Shown piece by piece: positions 1 to 12,406 of a stretch of DNA of 64,000 nucleotides. Numbering within the stretch: position 1 is the first letter of the stretch; each line of letters opens with the position of its first letter. The stretch is from positions 6,375,277-6,439,276 of the forward strand of contig NC_057753.1 of assembly GCF_004010195.1 (NCBI RefSeq). Reading direction: 5' to 3'. Source of the DNA: Chiloscyllium plagiosum (taxonomy: Eukaryota). The notes beneath the pieces are model-generated. The model was not told the origin of the DNA and did not search any database. It saw only the letters and a list, made by a program, of their open reading frames with translations. The position numbers were made by a program, and so were the translations under genes.

Positions 1-1261
1 AGGAGGGTTTACTTCGTATCGTAACAGTGTGTCTCTTATTCTTTGTGGTATTCATAAATGATGTAGATGTAATCGTGGACGGGGGGTAAGGCAGTGCGAG
101 AAGTAAGTTTCTGTTTGATATTAAATTTGGGTGGGTAGTTGCTAGTGAGGGACAAGGTTTTATGTTACAATCTTACACTTTGATAACAGGGAATGCAGAA
201 TGAGGAACAGAAAAATTGCAGAACTACTAAATGAATACATCAGTTCAATTTTTACAGAAGAAATCGAAACAATAAAAAATCTCCCAAATATTAAGGACAC
301 AGTTATTGTGAGATAACGATTTTAGAATGAAACGACTAAATATATGGCTTTGGAGAAATTAATAGAACTGGAAGTAATGGGCAGAGACAGAATCGTTGCT
401 GCATTTCTTTTGAAATGGGCATTATTATTTGAAGATACGAATATAGATAAATTATGGAGAACTATTGGATACAGTTCATTTAGATTTTCATGTATTTTGG
501 TTAAATATGCAATCTAGTGTGAAAAATCAAATCCTGGGAGGTTGAAGCTAATGCGGGGACATGTATGTACAATCGAAGAACTGATAATAAACACTGGCCA
601 CGAATAAACTGTTTAGCTTTGGAATCGAAGGTGAGGTAGCTCTCTGTACTTGGAATCCAACTGCTTACAATACATATCAAAAATTGGGGTCAGGGAATAA
701 CATGCAATAATTTCAATTATGTTAACGTTACAAGACTACAACATCCTTGTAAATCTTTTTTGAACACTTTAAAGTTTCACAACATCTTTTCGATAGGAAG
801 GAGACCAGAATTGCATGCAATGTTCCAATGTTGAGGTCAGTGCAGAAGAGAGAGAGAGGGAAAGAAACTGACACTGCCTTTGCTGTTTGAATTCATTATC
901 GCTGGACATCGGTGTGCGTCTGTGAAAATGAACAAGCAGTGAACTTATCTTGCAGGAACTTATGGGTGAAGTTCACGGAACAGGAGCAGATGAGTGTATT
1001 GTGTTTGCAGTAGTGAGCAGAGTGGATTTTTTTCTTGATTATATGTTTTTGGAGATATGTCTCTTGATTAAACTTAAGATATAAGCCATAACTATTATTT
1101 TAAACTGGGACAGTGTTTATGCATGGACGGGTTGGACCGTAGGATCGGTTTCCATGCTGTACATCTCTCTGACTCAATACTCTATGGCTATATGGGATAC
1201 AGAGTATTGACGAGGGGGTAAACCTAAACGTTTATTGAGGAATGAAGACTCAATGGCGACA

Positions 1262-1568
1262 CGATTAGCTTCCCTACAGTTTGGAAACAGGCCCTTCGGC
1301 CCAACCACTCTACACCACCCCTCCGAAGAGAAACACATCCAGACCCATCTCAATCTGACTTTTGCACCTAGCATTATGGGCAACGTAGCATGGCCAATTC
1401 ACCTAACCTGCACATCTTTTGACACGAGGAGGAAACCGGAACTACCGGATGTAAACCCATGCAGACATGGGGAGAATGTACAAACTGCACACAGGCAGTT
1501 TTCGAGGCTGGAATCGAACCTTGGATCCTGGTGCTGCGAGGCAACAGCGCTGGTCACTGAGCCACCTT
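1262..1568 (-). mobile_element. HE1-like tRNA-derived SINE
   Basis: Matches the SINE at 12093-12406 (GGAAACAGGCCCTTCGGCCCAAC, CACCTAACCTGCACATCTTT, B-box-like GGTTCGATTCC on minus strand). Confidence 0.8.
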
Positions 1569-2429
1569 GACGCTCCATATGTGAAAGCTGAAGAGTAATT
1601 TGTACACATGTAGCATTGTGCACTTTTCTTGGAAAAATACACCGTGAGCTTAACATTTGAGCAGGTATTGGTCGAAAAATGTTGATCTGTAAAGGAACTT
1701 CTGGTCCTTGTCTTTTGTTTTCTTCTGCCCAGTCCACCGAGCAGCATGCAGGGCAGTCATTTCTGAAGTCAAGCTCCAAAACTGGGAATGGCCTTGGCAT
1801 CCCAATTAGAGTTTGCTTCGACTGAGCATTCCTTGCATGAGTTTTAGGAAAATAAGTGGACATCTCAGCGAGGTGGGTGGGTTAGACGGGATGCAGAGGC
1901 AATGATTTATCTGGCTGGGACATCTAAAACAAGTGGTCAGAGTCTGAAGTATAGGCAGGCCACTCTGCATTAACATGGGAATAATTGGTCTCACTCAGAC
2001 ATTGGTGAACCTGCAGAACAGTCTGCCACACAAGGCTGTGGAAGCCAACCCAATGAATATCAATAACGATTTCTAGGCACTAACGTGATAGTGAGAGATC
2101 AGAGGTATTATTTAGAGATGGAGGATCAACCATCATTATGTTGCATTGGGGAGTAATTCAGTGAACCGACTGGACGACTACAGTTCCAACTTTATATTTC
2201 TTCAACAGTAAATTGGATCAATTAGTCAGACCAGGAAAGGGTAGCAGATTTGCATCCTGAAACGACATTGGTGAAAATAAATCGTGTTTGCAATAGAAAA
2301 CCGCTTGAAGATGAATATTACTTCCACAGCTTTTAGATTTTGTTTTAATCTTAATTGTTGCAAGGCCCATCATTTGCCAGAACTTTATCCTGGAATGGAT
2401 TTTCACAACACTGCCATTTCTATATAGGG

Positions 2430-3430
2430 ACCGATGTCCAACCTATCGAACTCTCTGATTATTTTATACGTCCCAATAAAGCCACTTTTCCTGCTTCTTT
2501 CTTCGAATGAAAACAACCCCATGTTCCTCAGACTTTCGTGGTAAAATCTTCCAGGCAACATCCTATTAAATCTTCTCCAAACACTTTCTCAACTTCCACA
2601 TCCTTTCTATAATGCAATGACCAGAACTGTATGCAGTACTCCAAATGTGGCCACACCAGAGTTTCGTACAGCTGTAGCATGATCTCATTGTTCTGAAACT
2701 CAATACCTCTACCAATAAAAGCTAACACACCGTATGCCCTTTTAACAACCCTATCAACCTGGTTGGCAACTTCCATCGATGTAAGTGCCTGGCCAGTGAG
2801 ATTTCTCTGCTCATCTCCACTATCAAGAATCCGACCAGTAGTGTAACACTCTGAATTTCTCTTATTCATGCCAAAGTGAATCACGTCACACTTTTCCGCA
2901 TTAAACTCCATTGCCACATATAAGCTCCGCTCTGCAGCTTATCTGTGCCTGTCTGTAATCTATAATATCCGTCGTCAATTTCCACAACTCTGCCAAGCTT
3001 AGTATCATCGGCAAACATCACTAACACATCCTTTTATGCCGTCATCCAGGTCATTTAGAAAAATGATAAACAACAGTGGAGACAAATCAGATCCTTTCAG
3101 TACCCCGCTAGTAATTTAACTCAAGGATTAATATGTCCCATCAACTACCACACTATTTTCTTTCAGCTTGCCAATTTCTAATTCAAACCGCTAAATCACC
3201 TTCAATCCCATACCTCCATACTTCGTACAATGGCCCACCGTGGGGAACGTAATCAAACACCTTACTGAAATCCATATGTACCACATCAACCGCTTTATCC
3301 TCATTCACTTGTTTGCTCACCTCAACGACCTCAGTAAAGTTTTTGAGGCACGACTTATCCTTCACAACACCGTGCTGACTTTCCCTAATCAGCTTATTCC
3401 TTTCTAGATGATTATAAATCCTATCTCTTG
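2430..3430 (-). mobile_element. CR1/HER1 LINE RT fragment, decayed
   Basis: Minus ORFs with DVVHMDFSKVFDYVPH, MEFNAEKCDVIHFG, LYETLVWPHLEYCIQFWS. Confidence 0.85.
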
Positions 3431-5234
3431 AAGCAAAGTGCTTTGACCAGCTGCATCACTCCTGGGATGGCAAACGTAGATCTGACTGAAACGAATAGAA
3501 ACATTAGAGTCTGGTCTAAGACGTTAAAGTATTTTGACGGGGTCTGGCTTGATCTCCAACAGATGCGCTTCCAGCCACATTCATTAGTTCCCCTGAATGA
3601 TTAAAAACAACATTTATCCAAACTAATGTTTTTTGTCTAACATTTTTTCGAAAGGTGCACATGAACATAGAAGGCGAAGGTGAGGATGAATTAAACAGAT
3701 ATTTCATAATGCTCATTGAAGACTTATTTCTGGAGAAAAATAAGGAATCGATGATTAGATTATCACAAAGACGGCTATAGATAGTGTTGAGTTAAAAACT
3801 GTAGAATTTAAAGTGGTGAGAACCAGTGCAAGTCAGATTTCGTACGTTCATTTTAGGAACCTCAAGCAGATCATGCAAAGCTAAACCAAGAAGAAACAAT
3901 ATTACAGATGTAAGTTGACAGCAAGTATTAAACAAGCATCGAAAGATTTTCAAAATCTTTCAAAATAGGTTCAACGTGCATGAGTCACTTGGAAGAAAGA
4001 AAATCTTAGAAGTACATACGGAACAATTAGAGGATGCGACTGGGGACTTCCAGAGAAGAGAGGATTAGCAGACAGTGAAATGCAGTATGCTGAATCTGTG
4101 TCAAAGGTGAAGAGGCAATTACCATTTCAAAGTTATAAGCAAACAGCCAATGGGAGGACATTTCTTGATCTGTACCCAACACACGAAGCAAGGATTTTGA
4201 CAAAAAAAAGACAAAAGGGAAAGACACCAACAGCAACTGATAGCTAGTTCGAAAATAACCTTGCAAAGTGACTGCCAGCATTGTTTGAAATATTCTCAAA
4301 CTCTCTGGATTGCAAGAGTGTTCTAATGAAAATGGAGATTCTCCAAATTTAAATTTGAAAGTGTATTCGTATTGTCTAATTCCAGCTGGAAATCCAAAAC
4401 TCTCTTCTCTGTGTCTAGTAGACTAACAAGATTTAATGGCCTCCTGTTATGCTGTGTAATGTGGGCAGAGGGCTGAATGACTTCATTGTGTTCCTGTGTA
4501 ATTTGTTGAGTGGTCTGGGGAGAGAAAGGACTTCTCCTCACTAAGTGCAAAGTCCTGACTGTCTGAATTGCAGTTTTCTGAGGCTCTGAAAGTTTTCTGA
4601 TCTTGAATGAGTTAGCAATTGTCAGAGGAAACACCTGAGGAAGGAGCAGCAGCTGGATATTTGGACCATAGTGCCTGCTGCATCCTGTGGATATATCGTG
4701 GTTCATCTCATTGTGACTCAACACCCCTTTCTTGTCAATCTCCAATTAACATTGACTCCATTTGTCTAGTAAATATCAGTCGAGCTTAGTTTTTAACATC
4801 TTCAGTGATCCAGTCTGCACTGGTGTCTTGGGATCAGACCATCACTGATAGCACAAATTGTAACGAACAAGTAACATCCTTATCGCAATATCAATGGAAG
4901 ACCCGTACTTAAAGAGTATTCCCTCAAACCAAATGACTATCCCGTTGTGACACAAGAGCTCAGCAATGATGAACTCACATAGACCAATCAGCCCCTTGGA
5001 ATTGGCGCTGGAAATTGTTCACTCTCTCTTCCACCAAATACCTATCAATGTCAGCGTTCACTGCTCTCTGGAAAATTCATTTCCTCCTACGTCTTTAACA
5101 CAGCTTGAAACGGGAAAGCTCATTTTCGGAAAAGTTGCCTGTTACATCTTGATTGTCATGTCTGTGCAGCAGCGCCTCAACATCAACACTGTCAATTCTT
5201 CTCGGTTCTGTCTCAATAGGAGCACGTCCAATTC

Positions 5235-5850
5235 GTCTGCTTGCTTTCATTAGCAAAGGAATAGAGTTTAAGATTTGGGAATTTATGCTGCAGATCAATA
5301 AAGCCCTACTTAGACCACACTTGGAATATTGCGTTCAGTTCTGGTCGCTTCATTACAGGAAGGACGTGGAAGCTTTAGAGATGGTGCAGATGAGATTTGC
5401 CAATCTTTGCCTGGACAGGACGGCATGTCTAATGAAGGAAGGGTGAGCGAGCTAGGGCTTTCCCTGTTGGAGCGAGGAAGAATAAATAATGTCATGATAG
5501 AGACCGGCAAGTTTATGAGAGATATAGGTAGAGTAAATAGTTAAAGACCTTTTCCCGGTGAGTAATGGCTATTACAATGAGACATAATTTAAAGGTGATT
5601 GGAGGAAGGTTTAGGAGAAAGGTTAGAGACGGGGACTTTACATAGAGAGGGGCGTATATGTTTAATGCATTTGCATCCGTGCTAGTAGAGTCAGGTACAT
5701 TAGGGACATTTAAGCGGCTCTTCGATAGGCATGTGGATGATGATCAAATTAAGGATATGTCGGTTATTTTGATCTTAATGGAGGAGAAAAGGTAGGCACA
5801 AAATCGAGGGCCAAGGGGCCTGTAATATACTGCAAATTTATATGTTCTAA
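5235..5850 (+). mobile_element. CR1 LINE 3' fragment
   Basis: LLRPHLEYCVQFWSLHYRKD plus CR1 3' UTR ending GGGCCAAGGGGCCTGTA...TATGTTCT. Confidence 0.8.
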
Positions 5851-6518
5851 GTGATCTCTTCTTCGATCCCAAATTTCTCAACCTCTCAACAAATGATAAA
5901 CTCTTCATTCTAGCAATCAGACAAATGGACTGTCTCTGATCTGTTTCAATCTAATTATAACGTTTCTCAGGAAGGAGACAAAAACTTCACATGCAGTCTC
6001 CAGATGGGGTTTCAATAAGAGTGGGTACAGATATAGCAACACCTTTTTGTTTCAAAGGTGCTTTCTTCCAATCAATATCGAAATTATAATACCCAAAGGT
6101 ACAGTCCTTTTTTCCCCTTTAAAAATCGTCTTCAATTTATTAAATACACGAGAGCAGGTTTTTTGCATTATTTCTCAGAGACTTGTGAATCTTAAACTGT
6201 CTTTCCCAGTGGGCAATGGAAACAGAATCAGTGAATATTTTGAAGATCAGGCAGACAGACTTCAGGTAGACATGAATGGCAACAGAACCATGGGTTATCT
6301 GGGATTCGGCAGGAATGTGGAGTGTGAGAGGAATCGCTGAGAGCAGTACAAAATAAAACTGCAGGTTACCAGAAAACCCAAAAGTAAAATGAAAAATGAA
6401 CTGAAAATGTAGAAAAAAAGCAGACACTGCTCACAGAAATTGAATAAATTTTCATAGTCGCAGAGGACCCAGGGATGCTTTCACATGAGAGCGAGAATAC
6501 TCCTGGCGGTTTAACCAA

Positions 6519-6738
6519 AAGTCGAGAGTGTGGCGCTGGAAAAGCACAGCAGGTCAGGCAACACTCGACGAGCGGAAAAATCAATGTTTCGGGCGATAAT
6601 TCTTCATCAGGAATTCCTGATGAAGGGCTTTTCCCGAAACGTCGATTTCCCTGCTCCTCGGATGCTCCCTGCCATACTGTCCTTTTCCGCCATAATACTG
6701 TCGATTCTGACCTCTAGCATCTGCTCGCCTCACTTTTC
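6519..6738. mobile_element. Palindromic Penelope-terminus-derived element with two inverted hammerhead motifs
   Basis: Imperfect inverted repeat centred on GAATTC (6611-6616). Plus strand CTGATGA-AGGGCTTTTCCC-GAAAC-GTC at 6617-6643, with a degenerate copy on the minus strand. Confidence 0.75.
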
Positions 6739-6779
6739 GGTTTATGCTAAAGGTCACCACAATTCAGGCGAATTTCGAG

Positions 6780-6885
6780 TTTGGGAAAGTAGGACCTTCA
6801 TGGTAACCCCTGTCACTACGGGAATTGAACACGCCGTGTTGGTCTCACTCTGCGTCACGAACCTGCCGTCCAGCCAACTGAGTGA
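6780..6885 (-). mobile_element. tRNA-derived SINE head fragment
   Basis: Minus strand CTCAGTTGG (A-box-like) and GTGTTCAATTCC (B-box-like); no intact cloverleaf seen. Confidence 0.45.
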
Positions 6886-8127
6886 GAGAACATAAAACAG
6901 TTGATGAAAGAGAAAGTCAAGAGAAAGGAGGAAAGAAACATTGAGAAGATTGAGGAGGCCACAACTCACACAATGCTCCAGATATGGGCTGAGGTCTCAA
7001 ATGCTGTGGTGAAAACTGAATGTTATAACTACAACTGTGTATCGAGGTTGACTTTGATTGAGAACAACAAGGTGAGACAAACGAAATTGCCAGAAGTACG
7101 AACTGTAACTGGATGTTGATAACCATAAAAAGTGCATATTTCATTAAGTTATGAAACTGATGCAATATATCTTTCGGAGAGTCCTGCCTTATATAAATAA
7201 CACCAAAGCACATGATTGTTGAATACTGGTGAAAAAAGTGAACTAGGATCGTTTGGTCAATGAATTGAACCCAGGGGGCTGAATAATTGAAAGTTCCAAT
7301 AACAAAGCATTCAGACACATACAGGTTAATCTCGGTAATGTTGAATGCTAGAGCAGGTTTGAAGGGCTGAATGACATCACGATTCATCTGAATCGTTTGT
7401 CCCTACGTGTTTGCATAGAACAACAACTCTACTCGTCCTCGTGTGCCACCAGTTGGGGCTTACTGGCCTCGTTCTGATCCTGGGAATTATCGGGAACATT
7501 ATGTTTAACCTTCCACGGCTGACATTCTCTGCAACATTTCATAGTTGACATTATCCAGAATATTCTATGACAGCCATTTTCTGCAACATTTTCTAAGTAA
7601 TATTACTTTTGAACAGCCGGACGCCAAGTTGTTGAACAAATGACCACGTCACGATGAATGACATTCTATTCCAGGGAGAAGGAAGCATTGTTTCGAACTT
7701 CCCTCAGGCAGTTAAAGGGTTGATTTTCATTACAACAGAGGATCAATGACAATCTGAATAAAGGAAATTTCCGGTCTCCATTTGTCTTCAACGAACGGGA
7801 AAGTCTATTTTAAGGTGGCAAGGCTTTCACCATCGGAGCAGAAATTTTAAAGACTTGACCTGCTTCTGCTCTTACGTGACAGATTGCATGCACATCTTCA
7901 TTTGTTATTCAGAATGTGTGTCTGTGTCCTTGAGCAGGTGGTAGTTTTACTGATATATCACGCATTTTCTTGATTTAATTAAAATGTTGCCATCTGTTAT
8001 TTCCGATTCGATTATATCAATAAGTCTCTGAATACATTGACACATTTGATAATCTCACTGGTCTTTACTCAGACTGGTAACTTTGCCTCCAGACTATTGT
8101 AAAATTGTTTCTTTACCTTCCTCGCAG

Positions 8128-9035
8128 TTAACGTAATGACGATCTACATCCTGATTTATAAAGACTGTGGATTGTCTCGATGTGTCAGACGTTATATGGT
8201 GGCCATGGCAGTGGCGGATCTGCTTGTCGTTATCTTCGACCTGATATTAAGACACATTCCGATTGTTTATGAGGAACTGTTCTATTTCCTGGAGTCCATC
8301 CCCGTGTGTAATATCCACGCCGTCCTGCTTTATGCAGCCATTGATTGTTCAGTCTGGTTTACGGTCACTTTCACCTTTGATCGATATGTTGCCATTTGCT
8401 GCCAGAAGCTGAAAAGTAAATATTGCAGTGAGAAAACAGCTGTAGTTGTTTTGGGAACAGTGACTGTGCTGAGCTGCTTAAAGAACATTTTCTGGTTTTT
8501 TATGTTCTCAAGTAAGTATTGGCTGAAGAACGAGCCCTGGTTTTGTTTTTCCCCAATCAAGGTTTTTGACTCTCGTGCTTGGGTCACAATCGAGTTCCTC
8601 CATCACATTCTAACTCCGACGCTCCCATTTCTCCTGATTCTGCTGTTCAATGTTTTCACCGTCAGACATATTTTCGCCACCAGCAGAGCCCGCAGGAGAC
8701 TCATAGATCGAAACAATGGGGACGTTCAGTGTGACACAGAAATGCAAAATCGAAAAAAATCTATTACTTTACTATTTGTAATCTCAGCCAATTTCATACT
8801 GCTCTGGTCGCCATTGATGGTGTTTTCTGTATGGAGACGGATGTTTATGTTTGGGTATTTCTCTTTTTATCTCGAGCGCTTTGTGCAAGAATTGGGCTTC
8901 ATGATGCAGCTCCTCAGTTCCTGTACAAACACTGCAATTTATGCCGGGACCCAATCTAAGTTCAGACAACAACTGAACAATCTGCTGAATTCTCCCTGTT
9001 CTAAATTTAACCAATCAATAAAATTCACAAATTAA
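8128..9035 (+). CDS. GPR139/GPR142-like class A GPCR, copy A, large coding exon (exon 2); exon 1 not found in window
   Basis: Open frame with GPCR motifs: TM2 AMAVADLLV, TM3 SVWFTVTFTFDRYVAICC, TM5 ILTPTLPFLLILLFN, TM6 SITLLFVISANFILLWSP, TM7/H8 SSCTNTAIYAGTQSKFRQQL. Preceded by pyrimidine tract and acceptor tttctttaccttcctcgcAG|TT AAC (phase 1). AATAAA at 9079-9084. Confidence 0.9.
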
Positions 9036-9124
9036 ACAGTCCATTCAGGTGTTTCACATTTCAGTTCAATTTTTCAGTAATAAAGCAACCTGTCGCCAAG
9101 GTAACAAAGTCAGCAGTCATATGG

Positions 9125-9325
9125 CACTATGTTATCGTTCAACAGGCTTATTTGAATTCACAAGCTTTTGAAGCGTTGTGCATTTGTCAGGAGAAGTCAG
9201 TTCACTTGATGAAGGAGCAGTTCTCTGAAAGCTTGTGAGTTCAAATAAACCTTTTGGACTAAAATCTGGCATCTTGTGATTTCTAATTTTGTCCATCCCA
9301 GTCCAATGCGTGCACCTCAACACCA
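9125..9325. mobile_element. Penelope terminus-derived inverted repeat (second family), degenerate hammerhead
   Basis: TCAC-TTGATGA-AGGAGCAGTTCTCT-GAAAG-CTT-GTGA at 9202-9238; arms AACAGGCTTATTTGAATTCACAAGCTTT and AAAGCTTGTGAGTTCAAATAAACCTTTT. Confidence 0.6.
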
Positions 9326-10209
9326 TATCTATGGTAACAGACTGAGTACACTGCTGGGTTAATCAACCTTATCACAGGTATAATGTTGGCATATATCAAT
9401 GCTTCTCTTGTCTCAGGGACCAGAATAAAATGGCACCATTCCATTTACTCTATGTACAACTTCAACTTGTAATGAACAAAACATGTTCTTTTCAAAAGTG
9501 TCAAACAGCAGAGCCAACTTTCTTTTGTTTGTATTTTGTTTGGAGGTCTGAGCTGAATATAGACAGTCACAGTCTAAAGTACTGATACTAAAGGAAGGGG
9601 CCGGGCCGAGATTAAAGCGTGGGTTCGGGTTCACAGCTCGTTGCCTCGTGAATAGAGAGGTCAGGGATGGAGACCACTGCTAGGGAATTAGAGTGGTTGA
9701 CGGGCCACAGACTATTTCTAGGTGAACAGAGGAGTGTGGGACAAGTAGCAGTTGCTACGAGAAATGAGGGAACACAAGGCACCTTTGGGAGAAATGCAGT
9801 AGGAATGCAGTGTGAGTTGCGGGAACAAGCTGTTGCTCGGAGTACAAAGTGGAAGTGGGGCTTTAAGCTGGTGTGACAGCAATGCGCAGGTGTTGGACAA
9901 CTATGTGTTGTTAGTTGAACATTGCTGGCGTTCGTATAGAGACCACTGCGAAGGGAACGAGGTGGGAATGAGAACATAGTCTGAAGCCAGGTGTACACGT
10001 TGTAGAAAGACTGCTTGCCGGTGTTATGTGAAACTTTTGCCTGCAGCTAATAATCTTTTACGAGGGGACCAGGGTAGAGGAGAAACTCGGGAATTACAAT
10101 TGTTGGGATCAGCTGCTGTTTTAAGAGAAAACGGTGCTGCGAGCTGCCACAAACCATTGATAGAGGGTATCAACATTGATGAAAAGAGTTTCTAATGGAA
10201 AACAGTGGA

Positions 10210-10832
10210 GAACAACCTACTGAGACCCCTCGGAATCCTAGTTGAACACAAACCCACCAAAACTCTCAAACAAAAACTAATAAACTTAAAAGACACAGTA
10301 CAACACATGGACAAAACCAACATGATCTATAAAATTCCATGCAAGGACTGCCACAAACACCACGTAGGACAAACAGGAAGAAAGTTAGCCACCAGGATTC
10401 ATGAACACCAGCTAGCCACAAAAAGACACGAACCCCTCTCCCTCATAGTCCTACACACGGATGAAAAAAAAACACCATTTCGACTGGGACAACACATCTA
10501 TCCTGGGACAGGCTAAGCAAAGACATGCCAGAGAATTCCTAGAGGCCTGGCACTCCAACCACAACGCCATAAACAAGCACATAGATCTAGATGCCATCTA
10601 TCAACCCCTCTGAAAAACGAACAGGAAATGACATCACCACAAACCTCAGGAACCCCATCCAGGAGAAAGATATAAATAGAAAGCAGGAGACAACAGCTTC
10701 GTTTACATTGGAGGTCGCCACTGATGATGTTACCTGGCCAGGTAATGAAACGTCTGGATATCAAACCTACAGCTCAGCGAGCAAACCTACACCCTAAACC
10801 TCAACCTGAGCTACAAACCTTCATAAACCTTG
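10210..10832 (+). mobile_element. Penelope-like element 3' fragment (GIY-YIG endonuclease plus terminal repeat)
   Basis: ORF 10205-10516 contains MIYKIPCKDCHKHHVGQTGRKLATRIHEH; colinear with 61430-62011. Confidence 0.88.
10718..10757 (+). ncRNA. Minimal type I hammerhead ribozyme motif in Penelope terminal repeat
   Basis: CCA-CTGATGA-T-GTTACCT-GGCC-AGGTAAT-GAAA-C-GTC-TGG: stem I CCA/TGG, stem II about 7 bp, core intact, predicted cut after C10754. Confidence 0.7.
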
Positions 10833-12092
10833 TTAAAGACTCATCTCCCACCGACACTGACAGGCTCCTGTGTCAAACATCATGTGGAATCAAATTCTGC
10901 GTTTATAACCAAGGCATGGAACATGGAATTATTCTGACTGTTCACCTGAATGCTGAGAGACAAAATCCAGCAGATAATCTGAAAAATCAGGCAATACATT
11001 GTTGAGAATGTAGTCATTGACTCCGTGGTCAGAACGCTTTGCTGAAACTGTGCCGGGAATTAGTGATTGATGTAGATTACATCAAGGAACCTGCTAATGT
11101 TTACCTGTTAGTTGCTACCCGTCTGTTGATTTCTCTGGACTGCTCTAATGTGAATCTGCTCACACCCTTAAAAAAAGTATTCAAATTATATACCCAGATT
11201 GAATAAAAATAACAGAGTTCAGTCAATCATGCAAAGTAGTCTCGAGTCGACTGACTCCATTTATATTTTCTGCAGCCTCGGAAAAGTAACCAAACTCTTA
11301 CAAACTCTCCCTTTAGGCAAAATACTTTTTTTTAATTGATTGCCTGTAAAAATGTAGATGCAAGAATAGTTTATTTCTCTATGTTGTCAGACCTTTGCAC
11401 AGACCTCTCAAATGTTCATATTGATCGCGCTCTCTGCAACTTCTCTGCAGCGGTAACATGGTATTCTGTTCCATGTTCTCCAAACTGATGCGCTTTATAT
11501 GGTACAAGCTGCCTATATGGAACGCAAAACAATACTGCTTCACTGTATTTGGCCTGATATCGCCCATCTGAGCACCGTATCTGTATGGTCCTGTAGGTTA
11601 ATGCTTTCCTCCTCACTACTTACCAGGCCATGAATGTTTCTGTAATCTGTGAGCTGACTGATCACACCTCCTGCATCACATCTGTTACGTTTTAAGGTGA
11701 GAGCGACAGATTTTTTTTTTATCAGGAAGGAAATCAAAGATTATGATAAAAGACAGGCAAGTGGAAATGCGGTTTATTAGATGAGCTACGATCTCATCGT
11801 TGAGCCGAGTGGCTTACTTGTGCTACTACATTTAATGACTGAATTCATCTCTTAAGGAGGGGTACACTGAGAATTGAAGATTCCCAAAGTTAAATAACTC
11901 TCCGGCGTGTCGCTAAAAATGCAGGTTCGAAACTACTTATCAGACCATGCTGAGATTAAATTTCAACGACCTTCCTCCTTCAACCCTCCTTCGGCACTCT
12001 GATGTAATCTCCGTCAGTATAATGGGGTCAATGTGTTAATGATTTTCGCTCTTAAACATTAGGATGTTCCATTCTTTTTATCACAGTGTATA

Positions 12093-12406
12093 GATTAGAT
12101 TAGATTACTTACAGTGTGGATACAGGCCCTGCAGCCCAACAAGTCCATACCGCCCCGCCGAAGCGCAACCCACCCATACCCCTACATTTACCCCTTACCT
12201 CACACTACGGGCAATTTAGCATGGCCAATTCACCTGACCTGCACATCTTTGGACTGTGGGAGGAAACCGGAGCACCCGGAGCACACCCACGCAGACACGG
12301 GGAGAACGTGCAAACTCCAAACAGTCAGTCGCCTGAGGCGGGTATTGAACCCGGGTCTCTGGCACTGTGAGGCAGCATTGCTAACCACTGTGCCACCGTG
12401 CCGCCC
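12093..12406 (-). mobile_element. HE1-like tRNA SINE, well preserved
   Basis: Minus strand starts GGGCGGCACGGTGGCACAGTGGTTAGC (A box), has GGTTCAATACC (B box), a CR1-like 3' tail and an (AATCT)n end. Confidence 0.9.

Noticed and set aside
4027..5253. ORFs of 90-140 aa in the track (and similar short ORFs throughout)
   Set aside because: No recognisable domains; consistent with chance ORFs or antisense frames of repeats in eukaryotic DNA.
7411..7548. Short frame containing GLVLILGIIGNIMF, resembling a GPCR TM1 just upstream of copy A
   Set aside because: No ATG or suitable donor, and exon 2 already supplies the TM1 Asn; probably chance.
12330..12406. tRNA-like A and B boxes
   Set aside because: SINE head rather than a tRNA gene; followed by SINE body and tail.
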